64,000 nt of DNA from the human T2T-CHM13v2.0 reference genome, Homo sapiens, in NCBI RefSeq assembly GCF_009914755.1, contig NC_060927.1; one strand, written 5' to 3'. Both the position numbers and the translations under genes were made by a program. Under the pieces are notes generated by a model. That model saw nothing but the letters and a program-made list of their open reading frames with translations, had not been told where the DNA came from and did not search any database. Position 1 is the first letter of the stretch. Every line of letters starts with the position of its first letter. Shown here one piece after another: positions 1 through 16,704 of the stretch.

Positions 1-175
1 TGGTAGGGCTGGAGAGCAGGACTATTAATGGGTATGTGATTTCTTATTCAAGTGATGAAAGTATACTAAAATTGACTGTGGTGGTGGTTGTACACTTCTG
101 TGAACATACTAAAAATGGATGAATGGGTGAGTTATATGGTATATGAATTGTATTCCAACAAAGCCATTTTTAAAA
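1..175 (+). mobile_element. Old L1M (L1MB-like) 3' end
   Basis: Typical L1M terminal motif (gtgatgaaa...tgaattgtat...aaagc). Confidence 0.65.
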
Positions 176-652
176 AGAACTATCACTACTCTTCCTAAAA
201 AATATATTTATTAAAAGTATTATTAGTTTATGTTTTTGGACAATGTATAAAGATAATTTTGTGGTAACAACTGAAAGAGTTGGGGAGAGCTAGTAAAGGA
301 GCAGAGTTTTTGTTATTGAAGTTAAGCTAGTATAAATTCAAATTAGGGTGTTATAACTTTAGGATGTTAAATGTAATCCCCCCAGTAACCATAAGAAAAT
401 AACTAAAGAATATACACAAAAGGAAACGAGAAAGGAATTTAAATGTTTTGCCACAAAAAAAATAAAATCAATTAAACACAAAAGAAGATAGTAATGCAAG
501 AAATAAGGGACAAAAAAGCGGTAAGACACATGGAAAATAAATAGCAACATGACAGAATTAAGTTGTATCTTATAAGTAATTACTTTAAATGTAAATGGAT
601 TAAACTTTCCAAAAGACAAATACTGGCAGAGTGAATTTAAAAAACATGATTT

Positions 653-994
<342 letters not shown>

Positions 995-1944
995 TCACTT
1001 TAGATCCGGAGTTGAAAGTGAAAGGGTGGAAAAAGATAGTATTCCATGCAATAGTAACCAAAAGAGAGTTATACTAATATGAGACAAAATAGACATTAAA
1101 TTTAAAAAGATTACAAGAGAAAAGAAGATTATTACATATTAATAAAAGGCTCCACAACAACAAGAGATAGCAGCTATAAATATTTATCTACCTAATACCT
1201 GATCATCAAAATATATGAAGCAAAAGTGGACTGAATTGAAGAGAGAAATAGAAAGTTCTACAATAATGGCTGGACACTTCAGTACTCCACTCTCAATAGT
1301 GTATAGAAGAACCAAACAAGAAATAAGTAAGGAAACAGAGGACTTGCATAGCACAATTAAGGAGCTGGATCTAACAGACATATACAAGACACTGTACCTA
1401 ACAACAACAGCATACACATTCTTCTCGAGTCCACATGGAACGTTTTCTAGGATGGACCATATTTTCGGCCACAAATTAAGTCTCAATAGATTTCAAAAGA
1501 TAAATATACAGAGTATCTTCTCTGACCAAAATGGGATGAAGTTAGAAATCAACAACAGAAGTAAAACTGGAAATTTCACAAAATTGTGGAAATTAAAGCA
1601 CTCTTAACCAGCAGATCAAAGAAGATACCATGTACCACATAAATATACTTACTATGTTACCCATGAAAATTAAAAATAAAAAGAAATCCCAAGGGAAAAT
1701 AGAAAATACCATTCTGGACATAGGGGCTGGCAAAGATTTCATGATGAAGATGCCAAAAGCAATTCCAACAAAAGCAAAAATTGACAAATGTTACATAATT
1801 AAACTAGAGCTTTTGCACAGCAAAAGAAACGATATATCAACAGAGTAAACAGACAACCTACAGAATGGGAGAAAGTACTTTCAAACTATATATCTGACAA
1901 AGGTCTAATATCCAGAATCTATCAGGAACTTAAGACTTACAAAC

Positions 1945-2250
<306 letters not shown>

Positions 2251-2381
2251 TTTTACAAGCAAAAAACAGCCCCATTAAAAAGCAGGCAAAGACATGAACA
2301 GACAGTTTTCAAAAGAAGATGTACATGCAGCCAACAGGCGTATGAAAAAATGCTCAATATTACTAATCATAAGAAAAATGC

Positions 2382-2657
2382 AGCTGGGTGCGGTGGCTCA
2401 CGCCTGTAATCCCAGTGCTTTGGGAGGCTAAGGCAGGCGAATCAAAGGCTGTTCAAGAACAGCCTGGCCAACATGGTGAAACCCCATGCTCCTAAAAATA
2501 CAAAAAATTAGCCAGGCATGGTGGCAGGTGCCTGTAATCTCAGCTATTCAGGAGGCTGAGGCAGGAGAATTGCTTGAACCTGGGATGCAGAGGTTGCAGT
2601 GAGCCGAGATCACTCCACGGCAACAGAGCGAGACTCTGTCTCAAAAAAAAAAAAAAA
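2382..2657 (+). mobile_element. AluS (small deletions)
   Basis: Dimer; TSD-like aaaaatgca on both sides. Confidence 0.88.
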
Positions 2658-2722
2658 TGCAAATTAATACCACAGTGAGATACCACCTCATACCAGTTAG
2701 AATGGCTAGCATTAAAAAGCCA

Positions 2723-3046
2723 GGCCAGGCACAGTTGCTCACACCTGTAATCCCAGCACTTTGGGAGGCCAAAGTGGGGAGATTGCTTGAACTCAGGAGT
2801 TTAAGACCACCCTGGGCAACATGACGAGACCCCTTCTCTACCAAAAATACAAAAAAATAGCCAGGCTTCATGCCATGTGCCTATAGTCCCAGCTGTTGGG
2901 GAGGCTGAGGCAGGAGGATCACTTGAGCCTGGGCCTCGGTGGGGAGGGTGGGGTGGGGTGCATGCAGAGATTGCAGTGAGCCAAGATTGTGCCGTTGCAC
3001 TCCAGCCTGGGTGACAGAGCAAGGCCCTGTCTCAAAAAAAAAAAAA
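2723..3046 (+). mobile_element. AluJ-like with G-rich insertion
   Basis: Dimer with extra ggggagggtggggtgggg in the right arm. Confidence 0.85.
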
Positions 3047-6000
3047 TTAATTAATAAATAAATAACAGATGCTGTGGTCAGGTTGTGGAGAAAAGGGAAT
3101 GCTTATTTAGTGTTGGTAAGAGTGTATATTAGTTAAACCATCGTGGAAAGTAGTGTGGCAATTCCTCAAAGAACTTAAAACAACTAACATTCAACCCAGT
3201 AATCTCACTACGGGGTTTATACCCAAAGGAATATAAATCATTCTACTGTAAACACACATGCTGACATATCTTCATTGCAGCACTGTTCACAATAGCAAAA
3301 ACATGGAATCAACCTCAATGCCCATCAATGGACTGGGACTGGTTAAGGGAAATGTGGTACATATACCTAATGGAATACTATGTGGCCATAAAAAAGAATG
3401 AGATCATGTCCTTTGCAGGAACATGGATGGAGCTGGAGGCCATTATCCTTAGCAAACTAATGCCGTGACAGAAAACCAAATACCACATGTCCTCACTTAT
3501 AAGTGGGAACAAAATAATGAGAACCAATGGGCACAACACAGAGAACAACAGACACTGGGGATAACTAGAGCGGGGAGGGAGAGAGAGGGGAAGGGTGTTT
3601 CTAACTATCAGGTGCTACACTCAATACCTGGGTGACAGGATCAATCATACCCCAAACCCCAGCACGTTACGTTACACCCATGTAACAAACCTGCACATGT
3701 ACTCCCAAATCTAAAATAAAAGTTAAAATTATATCTAGGGAAGAGAGTGGGAGGAGGGAGAGGATCAGGAACAATAACTATCAGGTACTGTGCTTAGTAC
3801 CTGGGTGAAGAAATGGTCTGTACACGAGACCTCCGTGACATGAGTTTGCCTTTGTTAACCTGCACATGAGCCCCAGACCTAAAATAAAAAAAAAATTAAG
3901 AATTTTAACTCAATTAGATCATAGACTTAAATGTAAAATGTAAAGTAGTAAGACTTTTAGGAGAAAAAGGAGGGGAAAATTTTCAGGGGGATATGAAGAG
4001 AGGTTGATTAATGGGTCCAGATATACAGTTTGATAGAAAAAAATAAGATCTGTCTGATAGATCAGTAAGGTGACTATAGTTTACAATCATCAATCGTGTA
4101 TTTCAGAATAGCTAGAAGAGAATAATTGGAATGTTTCTATCTACAATAAAAGAAATATTTAAGGTGATGGATATACCAATTACACTGATTTTTTACAAAT
4201 TATATGAATATTACATTACTGAATGTACCCTGAAAATTTTTAAAAAATGTATGATTAACAATTTTGAGCAAAAAAGAAAATATAGATGAATGAAAACAAA
4301 AACACAATGTACCAAAATTTATGGGACCCAGCAAATTCAGTGAAGCAATGCTAAGGGGGAAATTTATAGCTATAAACACATTTAAAAACCAAGAAAGATC
4401 TCAAATCAACAATCTAACTGTACACCTTATGGGATTAGAGAAAAAAGAATAAACTAAACCCAAAACTAGTAGAAGGAGGGAAATAATAAAGATTAGAGCA
4501 GATAACCAAAGTAGATATTAGATAAACAAAATGGAGAATAGAAAAAGGATAGAGAAAATCAACAAAACCAAAACTTGGTTCTTTGAAAAGATCAACAAAA
4601 TTGACCTTTAGCTAGATGGACTAAGAAAGAAAGGAGACTCAAATTACTAAAATCAGAAATGAAAGCAGGAACATTACTACCAATTCCACAGAAATAAAGA
4701 TTATAAGAGAGTACCATGGGCAATTGTACACCAACAAGTTGGATAACCTAAATAAAATGGACATATTTCTAGAAACACAAAATCTACCAAGACTAAAGCA
4801 CAAAGAAATAGAAAATGAGACTGAGTCAGTAATTTTAAATTTCCCAACAAAGAAAAGCCCTGAACTGGATGGCTTCACTGGCAAATTCTACCAAACATTT
4901 AACAGCAATACTTCTCAAACTTTTCAAAAAGAAACTGAAGAAGGAACACTCCCTAACTCATTCTGTGAGAGCATTACCCTGATACTAAAGGCAGACAAAG
5001 ACACTACAAGAAAAGAAAACCACAAATCAGTGTGCTTTATGAACATTAATACAAAAAGCTTCAAAAAATCCTAGAAAAATTAATTTAGCAGCATATTAAA
5101 AGGATTCAATACCATGACCAAGTAGGATATATTCCTAGAGTACAAGGATGGTTCCACATACAAAATCAATCAGTGCGATACACACTAACAGAATGAAGGA
5201 GAAACCCCACGTGATCATTTAAATCATCTAGAATGATCATGATGCATGATCTAGAATGATCAAATGCAAAAAGTATTTGACAAAATTCAACATACTTTCA
5301 TACTAAAAACACTCTAGAAATAAAGGAAACTACATCAACATAATAAAAGCTATATATGAAAACCCACAGCAAACATCATTCTCAGTAGTAAAAGACTGAA
5401 GTTTTTCATGTAACATAAGGAAGTAGGCAAGGATGCCTACTTTCACCACTTCTATTCATCATACTACTGGAAGTCTTAGCCAGAGCAATTAGGCAAGAAA
5501 AAGAAATTAAAGTCATCTACTTGGAAAGGAAGAGGTAAAATTATCTGTTCACAGATGATAATGGTCTTATACATAGAAAACTCTGCAGATTCCACTGAAG
5601 AATCTGTTAGACCTAATTAGCAAATTCAGCAAGTTAGCAGGATACAAACTCTATACACAAAAATTAATTGCATTTCTGTATACTAGCAATGAATCCAAAA
5701 AGGGAATTACAAAAACAATTCCATTTACAATAGCATCAGAAAAGATAAAATGCTTAGGAATTGACTGAAGAGACGAAAGACTTGTAGTACAATGAAAACT
5801 ATAAAAACATTTCTGAAAGAAATTAGAGAAGATATAAGTAAATGGAAAGGCATTCTATGATCAAGGATCAGAAGATAATATTACTAAGATGTCAATACCC
5901 AAAGCAAGTACAGATTTAATGCAATCCCTATCAAAAGCCTGATGACATTTTTTGCACAAATAGAAAAACCCATCCTAAAATTAGAATTTCAGGGGACCTC

Positions 6001-6125
6001 AAATAGCCAAAACAATCCTGAAAAAGAAGAGCAAAGCTGGAGAACTCACATTTCCTCATTTCAAAACTTACTGCAAAGCTATAGTAAACAAAGCATTGTG
6101 ATACTGGCATAAAAACAGACATATA

Positions 6126-6247
6126 GGCCAGGTGTAGTGGCTCACTTCTGTAATCCCAGCACTTTGGGAGGCTGAAGCAGAAGGATTAGTTGAGTCCAAC
6201 CAGCCCAGGCACCGTAGTGAGACCCCAATCTCTATAAAAAGAGAAAT
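6126..6247 (+). mobile_element. Alu left monomer (FLAM-like)
   Basis: Left arm plus A-rich end; acatata TSD-like flanks. Confidence 0.8.
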
Positions 6248-7540
6248 ACACAAACATATAGACTAATGGAATAGAATAGAGAATACAGCAGTAAATACTT
6301 GCATATATGGTCAACTGATTTTCAACAAGAATGCCAAGACCACTGAATGGGGAAAAGATAATCTTTTCAACAAATGGTACTGGGAAAACTGGCCACATGC
6401 AAAGGAATGAAGTTGAACACTGACTTATACTAAAATTAACTCAAAATGGATCTTTGACTGAAATGTAAGACCTAAACTATAAAACTCTTAGAAGAAAACA
6501 TAGGGCAGAAGATTCATGACATTGGATTTGCCAGTGATTTCGTGGATATAACACCTAAAACACAGGCAACAAAAGAAAAATAGACAAATTGGATTTCATG
6601 AACATTTTTAAAGTTTGTGCACTAAAAGACACTATCAACAGAGTAAAATGGCAACCCACAAAATGAGAGAAAATGTTTGCAACTCATATATATGATAAAG
6701 GAATTGATATCCAGAATAAATAGAGAACTCCTAAAACTCAACCAGCAAACAACCCATTTCAAAAATGGGCAAAGGACTTGAATAGACATTTCTCCAAAGA
6801 AGGTATATAAATGGCCAATAAGCACATGAAAAGATACTCAACATCATTAATCACTAGAGAAATGCAAATTAAAACTAATGGGTGTGAGGTACCTAATCAC
6901 ACCCACTAGAATGGCTACTATCCAAAAACCAAAATAACAAGAGTTGATGAGGGTTTGAAGAAACTGGAACCCTTATGCACTGTTGGTGGAAATGTGAAAT
7001 AGTGCAGCTGCTATGGAAGATGATATGGTGATTCCTCAAAAACTTAAATATAGATTTACCGTAAAATTGAGAGCAGTGTCTCAAATAGATATTTGTATAC
7101 CCATGTTCATAGCAGCATTATTCACAATAGCCAAAAGGTGGAAGCAACCCAAGTGTCCATCAGTGGATGAATGGATAAGCAAAATTTGATATACTCGTAC
7201 AGTGGAATGTTAGCCTTAAAAAGGAAGGAATTCTGACACAGGCTACAACACATGAACCTTGAGGACATCATGCTACATGAAATAAACCAGTCACAAAAAG
7301 ACAGATGGTGGATGATTCTACTTATGTGAAGTACAAGGAGTAGTCAAATTCATAGAGACAGAAAATAGAACAGCGGTTGCCAGGGGCTGGAGGGAGGGGA
7401 AGGGGGCGTTAGTGTTTAATGTGTACAGAGTTTGAGTTGGGCAAGATGAAAAGAGTTCTGAAAATTGATGGTGGTGATAGTTGCACAACAATGTTAATGT
7501 ACTTAATACCACTGAACTGTACACTTAAAAATGGTTAAGG

Positions 7541-7780
7541 GGCTGGGTGCAGTGGCTTATGCCTGTAATCCCAGCACTTTGGGAGGCTGAGGCAGGAGGA
7601 TCACTTGAGCTTAAGAGTTCAAGATCAGCATGGGCAACATGGCAAGACCCTGTCTCTACAAAAAAAAAAAAAAAAAAAAAAATTTAAATTAGCCAAGCTA
7701 ATTAGCCAGGCATAATCACACCACTGCACTCTGACCTGGGCAACAGAGTAAGACCCTGTCTTTAAAAAAAGAAAAAAATA
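7541..7780 (+). mobile_element. AluJ-like with right-arm deletion
   Basis: Left arm, long A linker, truncated right arm. Confidence 0.82.
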
Positions 7781-9307
7781 AGGTTAGGAAAAATATGTTA
7801 GTGATTACTAATTAGTATTTACTTGTTTATAGGTAATTTCATTTCTTATAAAATCAGCATTTTTAAAAAACTTCTTGCTTAGTAGAGGTTAAATAGTCTG
7901 GCTTACTTGGTATTTTACTATAGAATAAATATGAGATTTCTCTATTTCTTTTATCTCAATAGTAATTAATTGGACTTCTCACCCTTGAAAACAAAGGCTC
8001 TGAATTTTTAAATCTCTGTGATTATAAAATTAAGCCAAGAATTAAAATGATTTATGTGGCAAATTCAGGCAGTAATGATCCTTTTAAAATCCAATAAAGT
8101 GTTCTCATTTAGAGAGTAATTTAGAACTTTATTTCTGACCTAGAGTCTGGTTAGACAAGGTAACCGTGTGTTTCCACATTGATCAGGAAGGTATTCTTTT
8201 CTCTTTGCCTTATGGTTTAATTTATAGTCAAATTTCATGCTGTCTAGTGATCTCACTGTGATGACATTCAGATTAAGTACACATTAGATAATAAAAGACT
8301 CATCTTTCCCTCATGGGGGTAATAGGATAATGGGGGACTTAAGACATGTAGAGATAAATTATTATACAAACAGGCTGTGATTGGTCCCAAAAAGAATACT
8401 GAACAAGTATACAGCCAATCACAGGACATACATTAGGGAGCTCAGAAAGATTTTCAAGTAAATCTAGCTCTTGGCTTACTTCCAGTTTTCATAGTTTTTG
8501 CTTGATGTGGGAACAGATCATTCAAAGTTGTTTAATGGGAATCTTCATTGCCACATTCATTTTTCTCTAGACTATTGGAATAACTTCCTAAGGATCTTTC
8601 TACCACCAGTTTCTCTTCCCTGCAACTTGGGTTCTACATTCCTTCTATATTCCCAACTTTACCAAAGGCTTTGGTCACGTCATTCCCCTTAATAGCTCAT
8701 GCATTGTTTAGAGGAGATCCCAGTTGGTAGCCTGCAAATACAGGCATTTATTAAATTTCATGGAGCGTGATAAATGAGAAAATACTAATAGGGACATTTT
8801 TAGGAATTTTTGAAAGATAGAAAGCAGATGAGCTCAGAACTGTGGAGAAACAAGTCAGCCAGAATGCCTGCTATCACCTCTGCAATGTATTTGTCCTGGA
8901 GAGCCCAGCCAATGTATTATAAGAAACAGAAATGGGATATGCAAATATTGGAAAGGCAGAGATACACTTGGATTACTTACGATTGTCACTAAGAAAATCA
9001 AAGGGAATTTTATTAGTCAAGAGTTTTTGATTGCCAACAAAAGAAACCAGCCCTAATGTAAGTAGAAAATAAATTACAAGGATATGAAGTCTCTTGTCAT
9101 GTTTACAGAAGATTGGAGGACATGGTTGAGAAAATGTCCTGATGGGTATGAGCTGAGAAGAGAGACTCTCACTTTACTGTAGATGCTTTTGTACAGAGTG
9201 TTTTACCCTAAAAAATAGATCCATATACTTATTTAAATTGTTTTAAAGAAAAATACAGGGACTGCTGATCCTGAAAAAGTTAATGAGCATAAAAAGTAAT
9301 TCTGAAA

Positions 9308-9709
<402 letters not shown>

Positions 9710-9913
9710 TCAAAAGAAAATGCTTTTGTTGACTTTATTTTCAGTTTTGTTTTTCACATATTCAAGAATAAAGACATTCTCTACAATTATTTTTTTTCTC
9801 TAGAGAAATGCTTACAAACAGTAGCCAGCAACTTATACTTTCTTTTTTTTTAACCTGTTTTTTAATTTTAATTTTGACATAATTTCAGACCCACAGAAAA
9901 TTTGCAGGAATAG

Positions 9914-11772
9914 GGCCAGGCAGAGTGGCTCGCACCTATAATCCCAGCTACTCAAGAGGCTGAGACAGAAGAATCACTTGAGCCCAGGAGGCGAAGGTTG
10001 CAGTGAGCTGAGATTGCACCACTGCACCTCAGCCTGGGCAATAGAGCCAGAAGCTCCAAAAAAAAAAAAAAAAAAAAAAAACACTTTAAAATTAGCCACA
10101 CCTATATAGTTCTTTCTACTCCTGAGGCCGAGTGGGAGGATTGCTTGAGCCCAGGAGTTCAAAGTTACAGTGAGCTATTGATGGCAGCAGCAGCCCATCT
10201 GGAGCAGCCACTGCTAAGACACCAGCTGCAGCAGGAGAGACGTGTCCGGGGCTGCGTGCTCTACAGAGCTGGTGTGGGCTGGGAACAGGCAGGAGCCCCA
10301 CCTCCTACTGAATTGGTAGGGTGGGAGCCCCATGCTCCCTGGTGCAGCTGCAGCTACCCAGCCACCCACTCTGGACTGGGACATCTCTGGGCTCTCAGGG
10401 GCCTGGGAACCCCCACCCCTGTCAGCTCAGAAGCACCTGCTCCCACTCCCTGGCCTCTCTCCACTCCCAGTGCCTGCTCAAGTGCAGAGCAAATTTGTGG
10501 CAGAGCCTGGGCACTGTCACGACCTGGCCAGTGTGGCGCTGACACACCAGCCCCCTGCTATCTCTGTCCCTCCGGACTTTGGGCGCAGATGAGCACAGGA
10601 GGGAGGCATGGTGAGGGTGGCTGAGGGCAGCTTGGCCCAGGCCTGCAGGAGCCCCTCAGCACAAACAGCCTGGGTACCATGGACGGCATGTTGATGGCAG
10701 GAGGTAGATAGGTTCCTGGGCAGAAAGGGCCAGGTCCCTGATGAAACCCCACCTTCAAGCCAGGAACAGCCTGAAGCGTGGGGACTGGGCTGCTGGTTCC
10801 AGATGAAGTCCATGGCCCAGAGTGAAGACTTCACTGATGACTGTTCAGCCAATTGGATGGTGCTTTTTCCAGGCCCACCAGGAAAATCCTCCTTTCTGAG
10901 CACATAAAAACCCCAAACTCAGCCAGACTCATGCTGACATTGGGACTACCAGCTGCGGGAAGGAGTTACCCACTTCAGGTCTCCTCAATGTTGACACAGC
11001 CTGCCTGTGAAAAGGAGCTATCCACTGTGTGTCTCCTCTCTGCTGAAAGCTGGACACTCGTGGGGACAACCTGCTGGCAGAAAGGAGCTACACCAGGTCT
11101 CCTGAGAGCTGTTCTATCACTCAGTGAAGCTCCTCTCCGACTTGCTCACCCTCCAGTTGTCCACATACTTCATTCTTCCTGGACATGGGACAAGAACTTG
11201 TGAACACCTAATGGTGGGACTTAAAGAGCTGTAACACAAACAGGGCTGAAACACACCTAGGTCTGGGCTCCCCAAACCAGGGCTGTGACACCCTCTTTGG
11301 GACCCCACGGTTCCTGGTGTTTCCAAGCTTCCAGGAACCACCACGTTCCTCAGTTCCCACAGTGGTACACCTGGTCAGCTGCAGCCTTGCATGGAGCCAG
11401 TGCCTGTGCTGGTGCATGGGTTTGCCCGCTCTCCACTGCAGTCAGCACGCCTGGCTGTGCACAGTGGCTGGACCCTGCGCTCACTCACACACCCCTTGCC
11501 ACTCTGTGCCTGGCTGGCCCTTGGCAGATGTGGGATCTGGGCCGGTAGTGTGAGCTGAGTGCAGCCTGCCAGGCCAAGTGGGCAGAATGAGCCCAGTGGG
11601 CCCGAGCCAAACTCAGGCAAAGACACTACCAACCACAGAGGTTTCCAGCTGGAAAAGCAACACCCCAAGGATCCTGTGACACTATGATTGTGCTGTTGCA
11701 CTCCAGCCTGGGCAACAGAGAAAGTCCCTGTCTCTAGAATAAAAAAAGTTAGAGACTAAAATAAAAAAAGAA
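9914..11772 (+). mobile_element. Composite Alu (two right-arm-like monomers) interrupted by an LTR
   Basis: Flanked by the 18-bp TSD agaaaatttgcag(g/a)aata at 9895-9912 and 11773-11790. Confidence 0.75.
10179..11681 (+). mobile_element. MER52-family solo LTR (ERV1)
   Basis: Starts TGATGGCAGCAGCAGCCCATCTGGAGCAGCC, ends GGATCCTGTGACA; 4-bp TSD CTAT; 1.5 kb, GC-rich. Confidence 0.85.
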
Positions 11773-11774
11773 AG

Positions 11775-12850
11775 AAAATTTGCAGAAATAATATAAAGAA
11801 GTCCCATGTAACCTCCACCCAGATTCCTCAAATGTTAACTTTGTACCACATTTGCTTTATCATTCTCTCTATATATATATATTTAAATATTGAAATTATA
11901 TATGTATATTTATACACATTTTTTCCCTGAACCATTTGAGTAAGTTGCAGCCACAATGTCCCTTTACCCCTAAATACCTAGGTTGTACTTTTTTAAAATA
12001 TAAAAACATTATATAAGAAAATACTAAAAATTAAAAAGTTAACACTTATGACAATACTATTAGCTAACCCAGAGATATTATTCAAATGTCACTCATTTTC
12101 TGATCGCTACCCTTTATTAGGAAAAGAAAATCCCAAATCGTGAGCCACATTTAGTTGTCAAATCTCTTTAGTCTTCTTTAATCTGGAACAGTTCCTCAGT
12201 GTTTTCTTGTCTTTCATTACCTTGATGAATACAAGCCAGTTATTTTGTAGAATGTCTTTCCATTTGTTTATCTGATGTTTGCTCATAATTAGAGTCAGAG
12301 TTTTTTGCAGGCCTACCCCAGAAGTGACGTTGTGTTGTTTTCAGTGTATTATATAGGAGGCATGTTATGTTTATGTAACCCATTACTAATGATACTAATT
12401 TCTTCCAGGAAGTTATGATTTTTTTTCCTTTAATTAGCTTCTGTTAAGGAGATATTTAGGGCTATATAAATATCCTTTTACTCATTAGATTTTTACTTCC
12501 TCACTTGCTCTAATATTCATTGATGATTCTTGCTTGAATCACGTTTTACTCTGCTGGTTGCCACGTGTTGATTTCCTCATTTCATCATCTCTTCATATGG
12601 GGACTATGTGAAGTGCCTATGTCCCCATCTTTCCTTGAGTACTCCCTTACTTTCTGGTTCACCAAGTTGTTCCAGGTTCATCTGGACTGTTCCTGCTCCA
12701 AAGTTTGATTCAGCAGTTTTGCCAGGAAGCTCTGGCTCTTTCTAGTAGGGATTGGTTTGTAGACACCCAACATCTCAGTGCTACATGCGCTCAGTTACTA
12801 CTAATCCTCTCAGTGGCCAGAGCCAGGAAACATGTATCTTTATATCTGTA
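11775..12850 (-). mobile_element. Old L1MC/ME 3' region (continues from ~9860)
   Basis: Antisense L1M terminal motifs (gaaaatttgcag...cagattcctcaaatgttaac). Confidence 0.6.
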
Positions 12851-12864
12851 TATATTAAAAGCCC

Positions 12865-13157
12865 GGCCGGTGGCTTACGCCTGTAATCCCGGCACTTTGG
12901 GAGGCCGAGGTGGGTGGATCACGAGGTCAGGAGTTCGAGACCAGCCTGGCCAATATGGTGAAGCCCCATCTCTGCTAATAATACAAAAATTAGCCAGGCA
13001 TGGTGGTGCCCACCTGTAGTCCCAGCTACTCAGGAGGCTGAGGCAGAAGAATCACTCAAACCCAGGAGGCGGAGGTTGCAGCGAGCCGAGATCGTGCCAC
13101 TGCACTCCAGCCTGGGTGACACAGTGAGACTCCGTCTCAAAAAATAATAATAATAAA
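12865..13157 (+). mobile_element. AluSg-like
   Basis: Full dimer. Confidence 0.9.
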
Positions 13158-13629
13158 ACAGAAACCATGTTGAGAGTCTTTGTTTTTACTTCAGTTTTTA
13201 GAAACAAAACACAAATATTGTTAAGCTAGACCAGTTGATTTTTATACATTAAATGTAAGAATTCCAAAAATCAATTCACAAATCTATAAGATCATATTTG
13301 AATCTATGTTGCAAAACATTTGGGCCCCAAACCAGACATGATGTGTCATTTGATAATTCATATGTCAATAAATCATGCTTTCTCTTACATAATTTAAAGT
13401 AAGTTGAACAACATGTATTACTTAATAAGTGTGGAAAAGTTGGAAAATTGTAATGCCATATCCAATAGTAGTGATGTAAATTAAGATATTTTTACCTGCT
13501 TAATCACACACCATGCAGAAGTGACAAAATGTTTACGAATATTCTTAAAGAGGGTATAGGAAGGATTATTAATTGCTATGCAAAGTCATTGAATTAAAAA
13601 AAAAAAAACATCGAACACTTTCACCTAGA

Positions 13630-14510
<881 letters not shown>

Positions 14511-14538
14511 AATTAAAAAACAAATTTTAAGAAAAAAT

Positions 14539-14672
14539 GGCCAGGCATGGTGGCTCATGCCTATAATCCTAGCATTTTGGCAGGTCGAGGCAGGAGGATC
14601 ACTTGAGCCCAGAAGTTTGGAGCCAGCCTTGGCACCAAAGTGAGACCTAGTCTCTACAAAAAAATAATAAGA
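14539..14672 (+). mobile_element. Alu left monomer (FLAM-like)
   Basis: Left arm plus A-rich tail. Confidence 0.82.
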
Positions 14673-15034
14673 AGAAAGGGAACCTCTGGTTTTCCTGGAG
14701 TTTTCTCTTGCATAGTAATGCCTGGGGCCCACCCCCAACCACTTTGTTTTGGAATCTGAAATGATCCCCTCAGCCCAGAGTCACTTTACCATTCTGTCCC
14801 CTCCCCGTCACCACCCACTCCTGCAGCAGCTCTTCAGCCTCCCAGGACTCCATCCAGGTCACTCATTTCTCTGGACTTCCCTTGGGTAGCCAGTGACCCT
14901 GAGCACTAACAAGCACCCTTATGTCATGATTATAGCACCAAGTGAGAGTTTCTACAGAGGCAGTGCTGCTCTCTAGAAGGCCACACAGGCTTTCAGCTCT
15001 TTTCTGAAAGCTATCCCTTCTAATCCTTAAAGAC

Positions 15035-15339
<305 letters not shown>

Positions 15340-16179
15340 AAAGCATTTTTGATATTTAGTTCTTCTTGTAAGACTATTGAGGTAAACATTCTAAGAAATA
15401 CAGGTTTAGAGAACATCTTTCTGCTGAGCTTATTATAGAGTTGATATAGTTGAGATGAAACTGAAACTGGACATTTGGTTGGGTGGAAAGGAATGGAGGT
15501 GTCACTGAGCACCAGGGTAGTGAAGAGGCCCTCCTGGAAGGAGGGTGTGGCAAAATGACTAGATTGGTAAGGTCTGACCAGTCGGAGGGACTAGGTTACA
15601 GGGATGAGGGAATAAGCATTGGGAGCTCAGGGTAGTAATATCCAAGACCAAAATAAAGGGAGAAACTGGAGTCCACCCAGCCAGAATCCACAAAGTAATC
15701 TTTTCCTATTCCTTCATCAGGACCCATTGCCTCTTAATTGTCACTAGTCCCATCAGATATGTCTGTTGAGTTTGACTTTTACACCTTTTTAGCTCTATTA
15801 TAATATTTGCTCACTTGCTCCATAATTAGTATTAGTTCTACCCTCCCATATGTGTATGACTGACATCAGTGAAAATCCAGTATAGCTTACCGAAGGTTGT
15901 AATAAACACACTTTGAAGTATTTTTAATTTAAAAAAATATTCTATCTCTAGGAATCTAGTGACAGGTTTGATATAATTAAAATTTAATTTTTTAATATGC
16001 AAAGGAAGTTGTCATAACTAGAATATGATTTGACAGGTGTTGGCAGTTCTCCAAGCAACTTATTTTAAAAGTAGGTATCTCTGAAAAAGAATAGGTAGAA
16101 GTAAAGGTTTGATTGAAAACTCAGTTTAACACTGGGGCTGCTTTAAGGTAATGTATGTGTCCTTTTTTTCTGAGTACAA

Positions 16180-16640
16180 TTTTTTTTTAACTTTTAGGTT
16201 CGGGTTACATGTGTAGGTTTGTTATATAAATAAACTCTCATCATAGGGGTTTGTTGTACAGTTTATTTTGTTACCTAGGTACTAAGCCTAGTACCCAATA
16301 GTTGTTTTTACTGATCCTCTTCCTCCATCCTCTGCCTTCAAGTGGGTCCCAGTGTCTGTTGCTCCCCTCTTTGTGTCCATGTGGTCTCATCATTTAGCTC
16401 CCGTTTATAAGTGAGAACATGCAGTATGTGGTTTTCTGTTCCTGTGTTAGCTTGCTAAGGATAATAGCCTCCAGCTTCATCCATGTTCCCATGAAATACA
16501 TGAACTCATTCTTTTTTATGGCTGCATAGTATTCTATGGTATATATGTACCACATTTTCTTTACCCAATCTGTCATTGATTGGCATTTAGGTTGATTCCA
16601 AGTCTTTGCTATTGTGAATATGCAAGTGCATGCATGTGTC
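16180..16640 (-). mobile_element. L1PA 3' fragment
   Basis: ORF2 C-terminus WVKKMWYIYTIEYYAAIKKNE on the minus strand plus 3' UTR. Confidence 0.85.
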
Positions 16641-16704
16641 TTTTAATAGTAAAAATATGTATATTATAGTTAGTATTGTAAAGTATGTATCTCTCTCTTT
16701 CTAG

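Noticed and set aside
10145-11701. Cluster of overlapping ORFs up to 159 aa
   Set aside because: All lie within the GC-rich MER52 LTR; chance ORFs.
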